A stretch of DNA of 64,000 nucleotides from Callorhinchus milii (Eukaryota), in contig NW_024704743.1 in the NCBI RefSeq assembly GCF_018977255.1, forward strand, positions 57,166,001 to 57,230,000. The letters are read 5' to 3'. Below are positions 12,081 through 25,700 of the stretch, in pieces. Both the position numbers and the translations under genes were made by a program. The notes beneath the pieces were generated by a model, which had not been told where the DNA came from, did no database searches, and worked only from the letters and a program-made list of their open reading frames with translations. Position 1 is the stretch's first letter; the number at the start of each line of letters is the position of its first letter.

Positions 12081-15000
12081 ATTGTTCATAGAAACATAGA
12101 AATTTACAGCACAGAAGGAGGCCATTTAGCCCAGTGCCATGCTCCTCCAGCACTGCATTGAAGTGAACTTGAAGACCCTGATATGGGGTTCGAACCCACA
12201 ATCTTATGACCCAGAGATAAATGTGCTATCAACTGAGCCAAGTTTCATGCTGGGCATTTACCTCCTGACCTATCAACTATTTTCTAGTATGTATGTTCAC
12301 TCAAACTATTTTCTAACATAAAATTAAGTCTCAAACACATCACTTATGTTTTTCCTTATCCAGTTCTGAGTCTGATCCACCAATATTGAAATTATAACAT
12401 CCTTTCACTTGGGTAGATATCAGTATTTATGCTACTCATATTTTACTATCTTAATGGGTAGACAAAATTATTTCCAAATTGGCAGCAAGTACACATTTTA
12501 TTGGAAAGTAATAATAATAATCTTTATATTTGATATAGAGCCTTATATTGTCAAAACATCACAAAGTTCTTTACAGGATTTAATTGTAAAGTGTAGCAAT
12601 TGTGTATTTGTGAGTGAACATGACAGCCAATTTGTACACAGCAATGTGTCACAAACAGCCAGAAAGTGAATTACCAGTGTTATTTGAAGGATTGCTAGCC
12701 AGGACAGCAGAGAAAATCCCTTCTCTTTTCGAATAATGCCTTGGGATCTTTAACATTCACCATTCTATTAAACAAATAAAAATTACAGTGATTTTCCCCA
12801 TTCACAGACAAATTCACAATTTCTCATACATCTACATTGCAATCTACAAAGTAAGCAAAGCTGTTCCATATTTTAAAAGCACAATTTTAAACTTCCTGAG
12901 GAGTTAAACATATTAGACATATTAGAGTTTTGAATTCAGACTCATTAAAATTAAAAACAGGATGGTGATTTAAGTAATGATTCAAATCCTGTATAGATAG
13001 GATCTAGAGAGTGAAATGAGTCATGTTAAAGAGTTAGAATCAGAACAAATAATTGTTAAGTAAGTGGAATTGTGAAGGAAGTAAGAGATAGAAATCTGGG
13101 GGTGAAGATGCGGCATGTGCCGTGAGTGATTTTTCAGCATTTTTCAGCCCCCCTGCTCTCTCCCCACCGCCACCCTGTCCATAGTGATAGCATGGCAGAC
13201 ATGATCTGAGAATGTCTTATGTTTTTCTATGAATGACTCATTCTTCAGGAAGTACGTAGCTTGTAATTGATAAGCCACTAATAAATGAGAGTTGGGTGTA
13301 CACGTGAGGGAGACTGAGAGTGTAGCCAGTAATCTGCGTGTGGCACTTGAGGGAGAATAGGTCCTGAAAGCTTGAGTGACGGGTAAGGGACCACAAAGTC
13401 GTCAGAGTAAAATTAATGACAAGGGTCATGTTAGATAGGCAATTAATAGGTTCAGTGCATTAATTGAAATCTAGCAGATGTCCGAATAGACCTTTTTAGT
13501 CATCCATAATATGAATCGGAAAAGTTTAGAGAGTGAGGGCACATGTTAGAAGTTAGAAATGAGGAGTAAGCAAGGTTATCAGTCAAACTTCTTTTTCCCC
13601 CCCAAAGGTCAATAGACGTGTGAAATCAGTTACCAAGTGTCACTGACACAAACTGTTCAAGATGACTGTGATTCTGGGGAGAAAGGGCTGAACAATATTA
13701 TGAGAAGACAGGATCAAACCATCACCAGCTCAACTTGTGTTTAATGGCTTTTTTCCTGTACCTAAAAATGCATGTTCTTACCATGCTTTTCTGAGTCAAA
13801 CACAGCAGCACTGTATATTCAAATCACCATCTATGGATGAGGCAAGTAATTATGCAGGGTTTTCCCAGGGAATTCTTGAGATAACAATGTATTCTTACAC
13901 ATTTTAAAAACAAATACCTGAACCTGAATTCAATGCCATGTTCACATTCAGTTGAATCTTTACAGTGAAGCATCAATTATTAGGAACAATGGACTCGATC
14001 CTGAGCCACTCTCCCCAATCCATCTCCAGAAAGATTAATGCCTTTGGCTGTAGTGTGAATACAGAAACATTGCAACCAATTCCAACCTTGAAACAAGAAA
14101 GAAATGAGGTGCAAAATCCAGTTAACCGTCCTTAATATGTTTACTATCATTAAAGGGCAAATGTTGCTCTTGGATCCTTTTAAACATTAAAAGATTAACC
14201 GATGTTAGATGCCAGTTAGCAAAGTCTGGTGTAAGCATTTAGTTGCACAATCATCAAACTCTCTCCCGCCGCTTCTACTATAAGAGCAAATAATATAAAC
14301 CTTGTTCCCACTTCTAAATTGTGAAACTATTGGACGTTATATTGAGTCATTTCCAACAAAATTTATGGGTTAGGGAAAACAGTCAATGTCAAAATCCTAT
14401 CTTGCTTATATGCAAAGGATAAAGGCACACATTTTTGCTAAGGATAATTAAAGAGAAACATTTCTGACATTTCGCACCAGACAACTGGCACACATGCCAC
14501 TTTAGTTAATAATGATATTCAGGGAGGTGTTTGAATAACTGAGGAGCTACGACAGTCCAGCAAGCAGTGTTAAAGGTCATGTGAATCTAAGCAGTAATTG
14601 TTGACCTGAAGGAAGACCTGTGAGTGGAATGTGTTTGGAGGACATATTTGCTTACAGACAAAGATGGTCACAAAAGGGCATGTAAATTTGACAATTCAAG
14701 GGAGGGTTAGTTATGCTCCAATGGGAAAGTGGCTCTATGTGGAATCTCTAGAGACTTGAATCACCTGATAGGACTTTTCAGCTTGCAAATTTATTTGAGC
14801 TCTGATATTTTTGCCTCATTGACAGCTGAAAGCACAGCATGATCACACTGACCTTAGACTGCTTCACCTGCAACTGGCTGCAGTGGGAATAGATACCGGT
14901 CCCAATTACCCAATACAATGAAGCAGTTGAATGCAGCTGATGCCATGATGTGTTATAACTGTGAGAAGAACTGGTCTGTTTTTCATAAGGAGAATTGAAT

Positions 15001-15454
15001 GCTCTTTACTGAGGCTTTGTCAGTTTTAAAGAGCTGGAGGATTGGGATAGAATTTGCTACATACAGAGCTTAAGCACAAGCATTTGTATCTATCTCCTGC
15101 CGCTCTATTTCCAGTAGATCATCAGAGTAACATTTTGCTCCTTCCATTAAATTCGGTAGCAAGGTGCATCCTTATTAATTGATTCCAATGAGACCAACGT
15201 AACGCTGGAGAGTGATGAGAGTATATGTTGCTGGATTCGATGTTTTTCTTTGTTGCTCATTCCAGAATTCCAGATTTAAATTAGATAAATAGGTTGTCAA
15301 AGCAGTAATAATCCTTTGCATTTGATATAGTACCTCATCACTTCGTCGAGACTTCGCAAAGTGCTTCACAGAATATACTATGAAGTGACTGTGTGGATTT
15401 TGTCAGACAACTCTGCAGTCAATATGCGCAGAACAATGCACACAAACATCCAAT

Positions 15455-15990
15455 AGAACCATAGAAACGCTTGGCACAAAAGAAGGACATTCAGCCCATC
15501 ATGTTTGTGTTGGCTCCCTCAGGAATAAGCCTTTCAGTCCCATTTACCTGCCCTTTTCCCCATATCTCAACAGCTGACTCTCTTTAAAGTATTTGTCCAG
15601 TTCCCTCTTGAAGGCCAACATGAATTTTGCTTCAACCAGCATTCCCAGCAGTGCATTCTAACCTAACTATCTTGTAATAAAAATATTCTCCTAATTTCCC
15701 CTTTGCTCGTTTACCAACTATCTTACGACTCACCGACCAATGGAAATAATTTCTCCCTATTGACTCTGTCAAAAACCTTCATAATTTTAAAGATCTTTAT
15801 CAGGTCACCCCTCAACATCTTTGTTCCAGCAGAAGAAGTCCCAGATCCTCCAGTCTCTGGTCATAGGATAAACCACTCATCCCTTATATCATCCTAGCAA
15901 ATATTCTCTGCACCTCCTCTATTGCCTTGATGTCTTTCCTAATTGGGGTGACCAATACTGGGCACAATATTCTAACTGCTGTCTAACTGA
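15455..15990 (-). mobile_element. CR1 LINE 3' fragment, degenerate
   Basis: CATAGAA tail. The body resembles the CR1 at 32014-32647 (e.g. GGGGTGACCAATACTGGGCACAATATTCTA). Confidence 0.75.
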
Positions 15991-16307
15991 TGATTTATGT
16001 TAGCTGAGTGAATCACAAATTATATTTGGGGGATTGTTGGCCAGGACTCGGTGAGAAACTCGCTTGTTTTTTCAAACATTGCCAAGTAAATGGTTTTATT
16101 ATTCTGATTGCTTCAGTCCTATTCTACAAAAAATAACTTCTAGTTGTGCTCCGATGTATTATGGCTCTGATATATGCCTGGTGGCATGCACTTCCTCCAG
16201 CTGTTAGTGATCTGCCTGAGGACATCCATACGGTCAGAGAAATCTTCTCCTTTGCTGACTGCAGTCTCTCTCCAAGGCAGTCCCCAGTCATCACAAGACT
16301 GCTTGTG

Positions 16308-16620
16308 AATCCTGTAGCTCAGAGCACTCGCATGGCAAGTGAGAGACCTGGGTTTGATTCCCAGCAGGGTGAAACCTTGAGCAAGTTTCCTTACTCCACA
16401 CGCTTGATAATAATCCCTCAAGAAAAAAAACAATAATAAAATTGGTCACTTCAATCCACAACTGTTTGTGGGACACTGCTGTGTGCAATTGGCTGCCGCG
16501 TTTCACCCACAAATATACCGTCAATTCACTTTACAGTATATTCTGTGATGCACTTTCAGACGTCTAGAAGATGTGAAAAGCGCTATATCAAATTGCAAGG
16601 ATTATTTCTTTTTATTATTA
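16308..16620 (+). mobile_element. tRNA-headed SINE
   Basis: TCCTGTAGCTCAGAGCACTCGC head with a small deletion, B-box-like GGTTTGATTCCC, and the same body and tail as 60509-60830. A second isolated tail follows at about 16725-16820. Confidence 0.85.
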
Positions 16621-19600
16621 TAGTTTAGAGAAATGAGACATGGCACAGAAAACCTTCGGACTCAACAGCTTTCTGAGGGAGAGACCTGTATCAGCACAGA
16701 ATATTTACAGCTCAGGATTACAGTTTACTTTACAGTCTATTCTGTGAAGCACTTTGAGATGTCTAGAAAATGAGAAAGGCGCTGTATCAAATGCAAGGAT
16801 CATCATTATTATTTATTATTACTTGGGAATTGGAATCTATATCCGACCCAGCAGCAGTCAGGACATTTTGTAGTGAAGTGTTCATAATCTTCAGTTAAAA
16901 TTTCTATTGTACTAACTAATTCATGTAGTTGGCATTTCCTTGCTTACCATGAAGCAAATTGATGCAAAGATTTGTCAAAAGCAGAACTTACAGGAATGTG
17001 TTTCAGACAAACTCTGTAATTCTGTTGGTTCAGATGCTGATCTCAATTTCAATTTCCATGAAGCCAGATTTCAGCAAAGGAGACTCCTCATATCTGACAG
17101 GAATCAGTTTCCGAGTTGTATTTCAAAGGTCTTGCCCTAAAACACACCCAAATACATTCAAAACCTAGCATCTACAAATTGTTTTATGAGTCTCTTAGAT
17201 TCATTATTGAATGCCAGATTGGTTGTTACTGCTCTTTCGGACTATTGTCATGTGTATTGACTGTTCAGTAGGTCTAGACTGCAGCTAAGATCCCCAATGT
17301 GTTATTGCAGCAGGGCTTACTGAGATGACAATAATTCTATATGAAATTCCATGAGATGTGACAATGTTTAAGAACCTAAAGTAGATATTGTTCTTTTCTC
17401 ACACTCGAAGCATGAAATAAAATTCTCTAAATTAAACTGAAGACAAAATATATCTGCAGTATCAACAGAATATGTTGAAACCCTTAAGGTTATTTGTATT
17501 GAGTGACATGGATAGTTGTTGTATGGAGTTGCTCTATTTAATCTTTAATACCTGTGTATTTGTAGAATTAAATCAGTCACAGAGGTACTCTTTACAGAAG
17601 GGTTTCATTGCTATAGTGACTAAAAACAGATGAAAATCACTAGTAGCATAAAAAAACATATTAAATGTTTCAATATGAAATGTGCAATTAATTGTCCAAC
17701 AGATGCTGTGAGCCTGTGAGCACAGCCGTACAAAGTGAGCAACATAAGCACTTCATGGCTACGTTGCTCCAGTGGAAATGCAGTTCTTTGTACTTTCTGA
17801 TGACTTTATCAAAACAGTCGCTATGGTTTGTATAAACAAACTAACTACAATCTAACACAGCACTGTTTACAGCAAAGCAGAATATATCGCAAATCTCTAC
17901 AGGATTTTTACCAGTAATTCAAAGCTAATGGAGAGTTAAAATTGCTTAAAGATGTTTGTTGTGACTGATGCCATTATTCTGTCATCTGTCTTGTGTCCAT
18001 AAAAAACCTCATGGTACTTGGACTTTACAGCTTCCTTAAGTAGATGCTTTTTAAAGATGTTTGTACGCATTCTTCGCGCTATAAACTGCGCAGGCAGACA
18101 GACATGACCAATCTAGTCAGACCAATCTAGTAAGAGAGAAGCTGCCACTATAGGTATCTAGGTTACATTAGCATTTATCTGATGTTGCTGTAAGTTTTTT
18201 CCAGTGGACTGTTAAAGTCATGGTAACACACCAGGCCCAAAATTCCACCTAGTGAGTGCATTCACTTAAAACAACAACAACTCGCACTTATAGAGCATCC
18301 TCCACGCAGGGCAGCATCTCAGAGCACATAACAGTAGTGGAGCCTGACTCCGAGCCGGGTCGGGGGAAGGTCACCGTAAGCACGTATGAAAAGGAAAGTT
18401 TTCAAACAGGACTTGAAAAAAGGGAGAAAGGGGCCAAGGCGGAGGAATTGAGGGAGAGTGTTGCAGTTTTGTTGCAAGGCGGAGACCGGCGAGCAGAGTG
18501 TTTGAATAATGTCATTTTAATGTCATTTTAAAATGTAATTTAGCTTTGAAACACTGAACATTCTTCAATTCAGTCTTTGGGCATGTAGGAACTGTGAAAA
18601 TCAGGCTCCCAATTTAAGATTGCACTGAAGAAATTTCTACAACTTTAACTTACATTTATGTAGTGCCCTTAACATACGATAATGTCTCAGAGCTCTGTGT
18701 CACTTTAAATTTTAAGACATAAGGGATCTTACCTACTAAGATGAGTTGTATTTCAGGCCTACAAGTTTGCTGCTACTGTGGTTAAATCCCTACTTGTGGT
18801 ATGTCACTTTTCTATAGCAGCCAATGAATTGCCTGTTTAAATATCATACTATTATCAACTGGTTTCCTCTGACCATAGTTATCAACACTGGGGTAATTAT
18901 GTCTAGTAATATTTAATGCATCAAATGTTACAATTTTCACTCCATTATTTCTAATTAAATCTGTGAGAAAAAGCATACTCATACTTGTGGATTTCTGATC
19001 AATTTTGGAAGTAACACAACTAGAGTATACCAGAAAATAAATTTGTTTAAAATAGTGGAAATTGCATAAACGAGTAGGAGAAAACGAAAAACATTATAGT
19101 TAAGTTGATGTTTAAAAAAAGTATTTTCTCAAGAAAGAGCAAGTGATTTTTGTGGAGAGGAGAGGAGGTTGGATGACATCGCTGTTGACGTGTGAAACAA
19201 GCAGACTGTTTTTGATCCTGTACAAAGCAGACTGTTTACAAAGAAGCTGGTCAGAAAACCTTAGCACAAGTCAAAACTGTAACAGTATTGTACAGAGAAA
19301 AATATTAGAAATAAAATGACCGAATGGCTTCCTTCTTTTCTGTAACTGTTCTAGATTTCTAACAGAAAGAGTTGTCCATCAATTATCAATCCACTGGCGG
19401 CCATGCAGTATTTGATGATGTTGTATGGCCACCGGTCCTTCATGTAAACTAAGATTTCTTGTGATTTATGGTGAACATTCACTGGTTGGTAAAACCAGTA
19501 ACTGGGCCAGTGTGTACTTATCATGAGATTTCACGAGTAAGAGTAGGGTATCAACAATGGTATCTTTAGCAAATGGATTCTCTCGACACTCATGAAGAAC

Positions 19601-19654
19601 AAGCAAAGTGTAATCTATGCTGGTCTGGCAGACAGAACAAACCTCTGGGGAAGT

Positions 19655-19935
19655 ATTGGCGGTCGGGCATTCAGCATCTCTGCCCCACACTCTGGAACTC
19701 TAACCCGCAATCCCTCCACCTCAGGCCCTCTCTTGCCTCCTTCAAGTCTCGTCTGAAGACCATCCTCTTCGATCGTGCATTCGGCCACCCTCCAACCCCC
19801 ACCCTCCCTGCCCTTCTCCCATTCTGACCCCAATTCCCAGCTCAGGTCCAAAACCCCTGATTGTCCAGAGCCCCGGGACGTCTTTCTGATCTGAAGGACG
19901 CTATACAAGTTTAATTTGTTGTTGTTGTTGTTGTA
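19655..19935 (+). mobile_element. L2 LINE 3' end
   Basis: Matches 5240-5508 and ends in (TTG)n. Confidence 0.85.
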
Positions 19936-19959
19936 TACTAGGGGTTCTTTCATAGAAAT

Positions 19960-20345
19960 AATAATACTCCTTGCCTTTGATATAGTGCCTTTCACAGTAG
20001 GAGGACATCTCAAAGTGCTTCACAGGATTTACTGTAAAGTATGGTGACTGTGTATTTTATAGGCAAACTCAGCACTTAATTTACACACATTTAATAGTTA
20101 AGAAAAGAATGGCCAATGTTATCTGGAAGATTATTGGCTAGGACACTGGAAGAATCTAACAAATAGCACAATGGGATTTTAACATCTATCTGAACAAGCA
20201 GAAAGGACTTCAGTTTAATAACTCATCCGAAGGGCAAAACCTTCAACAATTCAGGTTTCCCCCAACGCTGCATTGGAATGTCAGCCCAGTCCAAGATCTG
20301 TTGTGAGCTTCTGACTAAGAGGCAAGAATGCTACCAACTGAGTCA
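19960..20345 (-). mobile_element. Old DeuSINE-like element
   Basis: Tail, decayed Deu core and head (GAGGCAAGAATGCTACCAACTGAG) in reverse orientation. Confidence 0.65.
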
Positions 20346-23300
20346 GATTTAAACCTCGTATGGTGCATGCTGGAGAGAGGGTCTTTCTTTGTTGTTTATT
20401 AGGCAAAATATGGAATTCCCGATGGTCACAGTTCCCAGCTCAGCAAAATCAGAAAAAGGGATCCATTGACATCCCATGTGGAACATTGCTTCTCATGTAT
20501 CAACAAGGGTTTGACTTTGGAAGGTGGGAACGGTATAAGTTCACAGCTGAATGTGACAAAATTACTGGTTGAGATAGTTTTACAACCCCCTTGTGAACTT
20601 AAATTGTGACCGAACTTGAGGTGGCCTAACTGTCTGTGTTTTGGGCTAACAGGAGAGTGTAGGTTTCTCTTTTTGAATACCCGTACGGTAGCTGTTTTCA
20701 CAGCAAAACTATTCACAAGAGACGCCAAAGGGAATTGAGATATTTCCCAGAGGGAGAAGGGGACACTCAAAGGGCAAGTCAACACATTTCACTCTTACAC
20801 TTACTGAAGGCCTGGGATGCAGCTGTCAGCTTGAACTCTCAGAGGAAGATCTGAAGAAATGGGCGAACATAACTCATAAACAGAGAATTAGGGAAGAGGG
20901 GGAGAGTGGCAAAAAGGAAACAGGCCCTGTTAAGTGACTGCAATGAGCAACAAAATGTCCACTGGGACATAATATCAACTGTAAAGTAGTTTTATGTGCT
21001 TTTATTGAGAACTCGCATTAGGTGGAAAACTTCCTTATTTATCAAGACTGATTTATTCTCAGTAGGATTTGGAGAAGAAAACACAACTTGCTTCGATATG
21101 TCCTGTGCCCCCCAGTAACTCAACTCAATAGATTTGCACGGTATCCTGCTGCTTTATTTTTTCCTTAGGCAATCTTGCAATTGACAATGGTCTGACCTTG
21201 GGAAGTATTAATTTATAATCAAAAAAAGTTAATCTTGTAGATTGGGAATTCTACAGTCACTAGCTATGGGTTTGTATATGAACAAATTGGAATCCACTGT
21301 AACAGATTGGTTTTGTTGAGAATAGTGCTTAAATCCTTTTCGTTAACAGTTTAAGAGATCAAAACCTGTGTGGAGATTAATAGGAAGTACCATATACTGA
21401 GAGTCAGTGACCTGTAATGATTGCGTCCTACTGATCTCTCGAGTGTGGTCTGACCATATGCATTCTGCTTAATAAATAGCAATTCCACAATCAGCTGCTT
21501 TGCAAAGGGTAATCCATGGGTGGATAAAATCTACAAGACAAACGGTTACAGCTGTAAGGTAATGCTCTTGCTATTTAATTGTTAATCTTATACATGTGGT
21601 GCACAAATAGTTTCATGAACTACCCAACGTGAAAAATGGCATCTATTTTTAAAACTGTGCAGATGGATTCTGCCTTTATTTTATACAATTTTAAAACTGG
21701 ATGGCTTCCGAAACGCTAGTATAGCGAGTTACATTGAATTGTAGCACAGTCAGTTTTGTTATGCAGGCAAATGCAGCGGTGGATAATTGACATATATATA
21801 AAATAATATCTTGGGATACAGTATGTAGCTTGGGATACAACATGTCAAGTGACTGCCAGGATGGTGGAAAGTGAATTAGATGGACCTTGGTCTTATTTTG
21901 CCTAGCAAATTCTTATGTTCTTTTGTCCTTATAGATCTACCTCAGCAACATCCCACAAAGAGCAATGAAATGAAAGACCAGAGTTCATTTTGTTTTGGTG
22001 ATTTTATATATTAACTGGGAAATAGGAGAACTCACTTACATAATTTGAAATAGTCCTATAACATTGTTAATGTCTCCCCAGACTACCAGAACGCTAACAC
22101 TAGACCTTGCTTTAACATTTTAACACTGGTAGTTGTTGGTGGTGGTGGCAGTAGTGCGTATGTCCGGGCTCAATTCCACAACCTTCTGTCCTCGAGGTGA
22201 GAATGCTACCAATTGAGTCAAGCTGGACAACTTACCAAAGAGTGTCTACCGGGGAAAATTCAATTGATGAGATTTGTAACCTGGAAACATCATTTTGGGT
22301 TCTGGAAATGCCTGTACAGTTAGAGCTATGAAACGTTTTATTCAGTTTGGGTTTGAAGAAAATTAGGTTGCAGGGAACAGGAAGAACATGTAACTTGGCA
22401 TAATTGCAGCTTGGATGGAACATGGGAAGAAACTTCAGTGTAAGAATGTCCATAGTAACAGCAATAATAACAACAACATATTTATATAGAGCCATTCACA
22501 CAGGGTGGTGTCTCAGAGCACATAATGTAGAGAATAAATAATAAATAGAGAAAGATAGGAAAGAATTGAGAGTTAAAAAGACTGAGGTTACAGAATAATC
22601 ACCTATGACAAGATTTTAACTGTACCTGTCCAGGATTGTATGTGTGTTTTAGAAGAGACTCACCTGTATGGGACCAGCAACAACAACAGCAAAATTATAT
22701 TTGTATAGCTTCTTTCATGTCGGGAGAACGTCCCAAGGCGCTGCATTCAAATCGTCCACAAAGGCTCGATAGAGAGTTGAGAATTGAGAATTGTGAGGGT
22801 AAACATAATTGTTCAGAATGATAGAGAAAGTTGTATTTGGTGGAGTTTTAGCAGTGGAGGAGAGGCCAAGAATGTGAATATATGAAGAAGGATTTAGACA
22901 GATGCGTGGTCAAATTTAGTTTGGTTCAATTGTTTTTTTTCTTATCCATGCTGTAATTGCAAATTAAACCAATAAATGGGAGCCTATTTGTGCTGTTCTT
23001 TAAAGGGATTCCTTAGAATTGCCATTGAACTGTGGGAACACGGCTTCAGGAGTAGATCATGTTTTGGATCATCGAATCATAACATTTTTCAGCAAATGAA
23101 GTCATTTGAGACATTGCATCTGTGCCAACTCAAAGAAAGTTATCAATTTTGTCCCTGCCTAGTTCTCACAAGTTGATAACATACTCCAAATGAATGATTT
23201 TAATTGGTGAAATGTTGACTAGGAAACTGGGAGTAACTCCATACTTTTCAAATAGTGCCATGGGATCTTTAATGTCTACCTGAACAGGCAGACAGAACCT

Positions 23301-23381
23301 CAGTTTAATGTTTAATTCAAAGCATGCCACCTCTAACAATGCAGCACACCCATCATACTACATTGGAGTGTCAGCATGGAC

Positions 23382-23562
23382 CAATGGTGAGCCAACAAAA
23401 TCATTTTCTTGATTGAATATTTCTTGATTCATGCCATCAATCAAGAAATATTCAATCAAGAAAAATTGGAAACATATTATTGTATAGAAACAGACTCACC
23501 AAGACTAGTGCAAATGTTCACTGAGCCTCACCCAGCCTGTGGGCTACGGGTGGCCACAACTA
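23382..23562. mobile_element. hAT-like MITE (181 bp)
   Basis: Imperfect TIRs CAATGGTGAGCCAAC / GTGGCCACAACTA. Flanking 8-bp near-duplication GCATGGAC (23374-23381) / GCATAAAC (23563-23570). It interrupts a SINE. Confidence 0.6.
23404..23464. repeat. Perfect 26-bp inverted repeat with 9-nt spacer
   Basis: TTTTCTTGATTGAATATTTCTTGATT (23404-23429), spacer CATGCCATC, then AATCAAGAAATATTCAATCAAGAAAA (23439-23464), the exact reverse complement. Confidence 0.97.
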
Positions 23563-25429
23563 GCATAAACTATATCAGTTCTAACTCCTGATACAAGGCT
23601 TGAACCACAACCTTCTGACTCAGAGGCAAGAGCACTACCAACTGAGCCATGTAGCCGCACTCTGAGTTATGTTCTTCTTTAAGGAATACCATTATGAAAT
23701 ATTGAATTAGAGCATATTAAACCACATTGCAAATATGCTCCATTGAAGAGCATCGGTAAAGATTTCCACCGATTGAACACTTCTCTCTCATGGGTTAAAA
23801 ACAATTGGTTTCCTTACACCCAAAATGATTGTAAAACCTGAACTCATCCCACCTAGTATTAAGACTTTGTTACCTTAAAATTTAACATCACACAGAATTA
23901 TGGAAAAACAATTAATTTATCAAGCTCCCGAATTAATTTTGAATTTAAATGCAGTAGGATTGAAAGAACAGCTTGCTTTGAGAGCCGGTGCAGATTTGAT
24001 GGGTTGAATGACTTCCTTCTGTGCTGTACGTTACTTTGATTTTATAATTCTATTGTGCAATGTTAAATTGTAAGTCAGAACTGTCTTAGGCTAAACAAAG
24101 TGGAATTTCAGGTCTCTGAAGTCTGAATTTATTCAAGCACTTATGCAAAAGTATTTTGACAGTTCTGGTAAAATAAATGTTGCACACAGATGCAGGCTAT
24201 GAAGTTGCACATACACAATCCTTTACTTTCTTAAAGGGACCTCAGCTCTATTTAACAGATTCTAAAAGTTATATAATTAGTCTCTGAATTTAATCCTCTG
24301 CCCAATGTTCTGAACTATGTATCTTAGCCTCTGTCCAATGCATTTTTGATAATATTCCACAGGGATGCCATGACTCCATGCAGTCTGTAGTCTTGTCAGA
24401 TAATGATTTACAGAGTTTTGCCTTAAAAGACAACAAACTTAAAATGTGCACTTTAAATCCCATAGCAACATGATAATAAATGCCGACTGAACATCTCAAA
24501 CAAGTCAAACAACTAAGCTTTGCTTAACCCTTTTGGGCTGAGCTTGCTTTGTTAATTTCACCTAACTTCAGGCAATGTGGCATTTCCCTCTGATCGTTTT
24601 TTTTTGCCCTTTTTAACAGACAAGCACACTTTAAAGTTGCAAGACAAAATGCTTTCCTTGATTATTGCATTTCCGCACTAACAACAACATTCCAAATGAG
24701 AGATTAGCTAAATTACTTGGTCAACAATAAAATTCTGTTCAACCAACCATGGTACATAATGAGCATTTGATTCTGAACCTAGATCCTGATCCTGATGTGA
24801 CTTTTCTCGTGGATGTCAGTGTTTTTCCTCCATATTTTATCATTTCATTTTCTCAATGCACTTTCTAGATGTGCATAAGTGAGAATGCAAAATAAAAAAA
24901 AATGGAAACAATTAAACTGCTAAGATACTGATCTGAGGTATGTGAATACAGGCAGATGCACAAGAATTTGTAGCAACGTACATTACATGTGGGAAAATGC
25001 TATTTGCACAATTTTTTTAATTTGCTTTTTCCTCTGAATCTTTTTAACTTTCTCTCATAGTATTTCTTTTGGTTTTAATTTTCAGTCCTTTCCGTCTTTT
25101 GACTTTGCTGGACTGATTCCCTTTAATTATATTCATTTAGTTCTTGCCTTTTTTGGCGATTTTCTCGCTTGTTGTATCTCTTTTTTTCCTTTCACCTATT
25201 CCTTCTTAACACATGTACCCTTTGCCCTTGATGCCTACTTCTGCTGAATTCCCCCCAGACTCTTGTCCCATCTTTGATCCCAGATCTTCTCTAAGACCAC
25301 CGAAGATTACCCATTAAAGGTTTATTTTCCAATCAAAAGACACTGCTTTGAATGGACAAAACACTCAAGAATTAGAATACTATGCTTTGACATCCTTGGT
25401 TAGTATTGGAAAAGGCAACAAGAAATACG

Positions 25430-25700
25430 TCATAGGAACATAGTTACATGGGAACTGGAGTAGGCTACTCAGGCCCTTGAGCCTGTTTTCCATTCTATTG
25501 GATCATGGCTGATCTGAACCTCAACTCCAAATACCCATATTTGCCCCATATCCCTTGATACCCTTACCTAGCAAAAATCTATCCACCCTCAGTCTTGAAA
25601 ATTTGAATGGATCCAGCTTCCACAACCTTTTGAGGGAGAAAGTTCCAGATTTCCAGTTCACTTTGTGTGAAAAATACTTCCTAATTTCACTCCTAAATGG
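25430..25700 (-). mobile_element. CR1 LINE 3' fragment
   Basis: The minus frame gives ...RVDRFLLGKGIKGYG, the same C-terminus as the CR1 ORF at 32122-32625. Confidence 0.8.

Larger units (their letters stand above)
23215..23650 (-). mobile_element. Old DeuSINE-like element split by a MITE
   Basis: Core AATAGTGCCATGGGATCTTTAATGTC at about 23250-23276. The head portion resumes at about 23571-23650. Confidence 0.7.

Noticed and set aside
18105..18535. Short tandem duplications (GACCAATCTAGT x2; AATGTCATTTT x2)
   Set aside because: Ordinary slippage products. There is no repeat-spacer periodicity, so they are not CRISPR-like.
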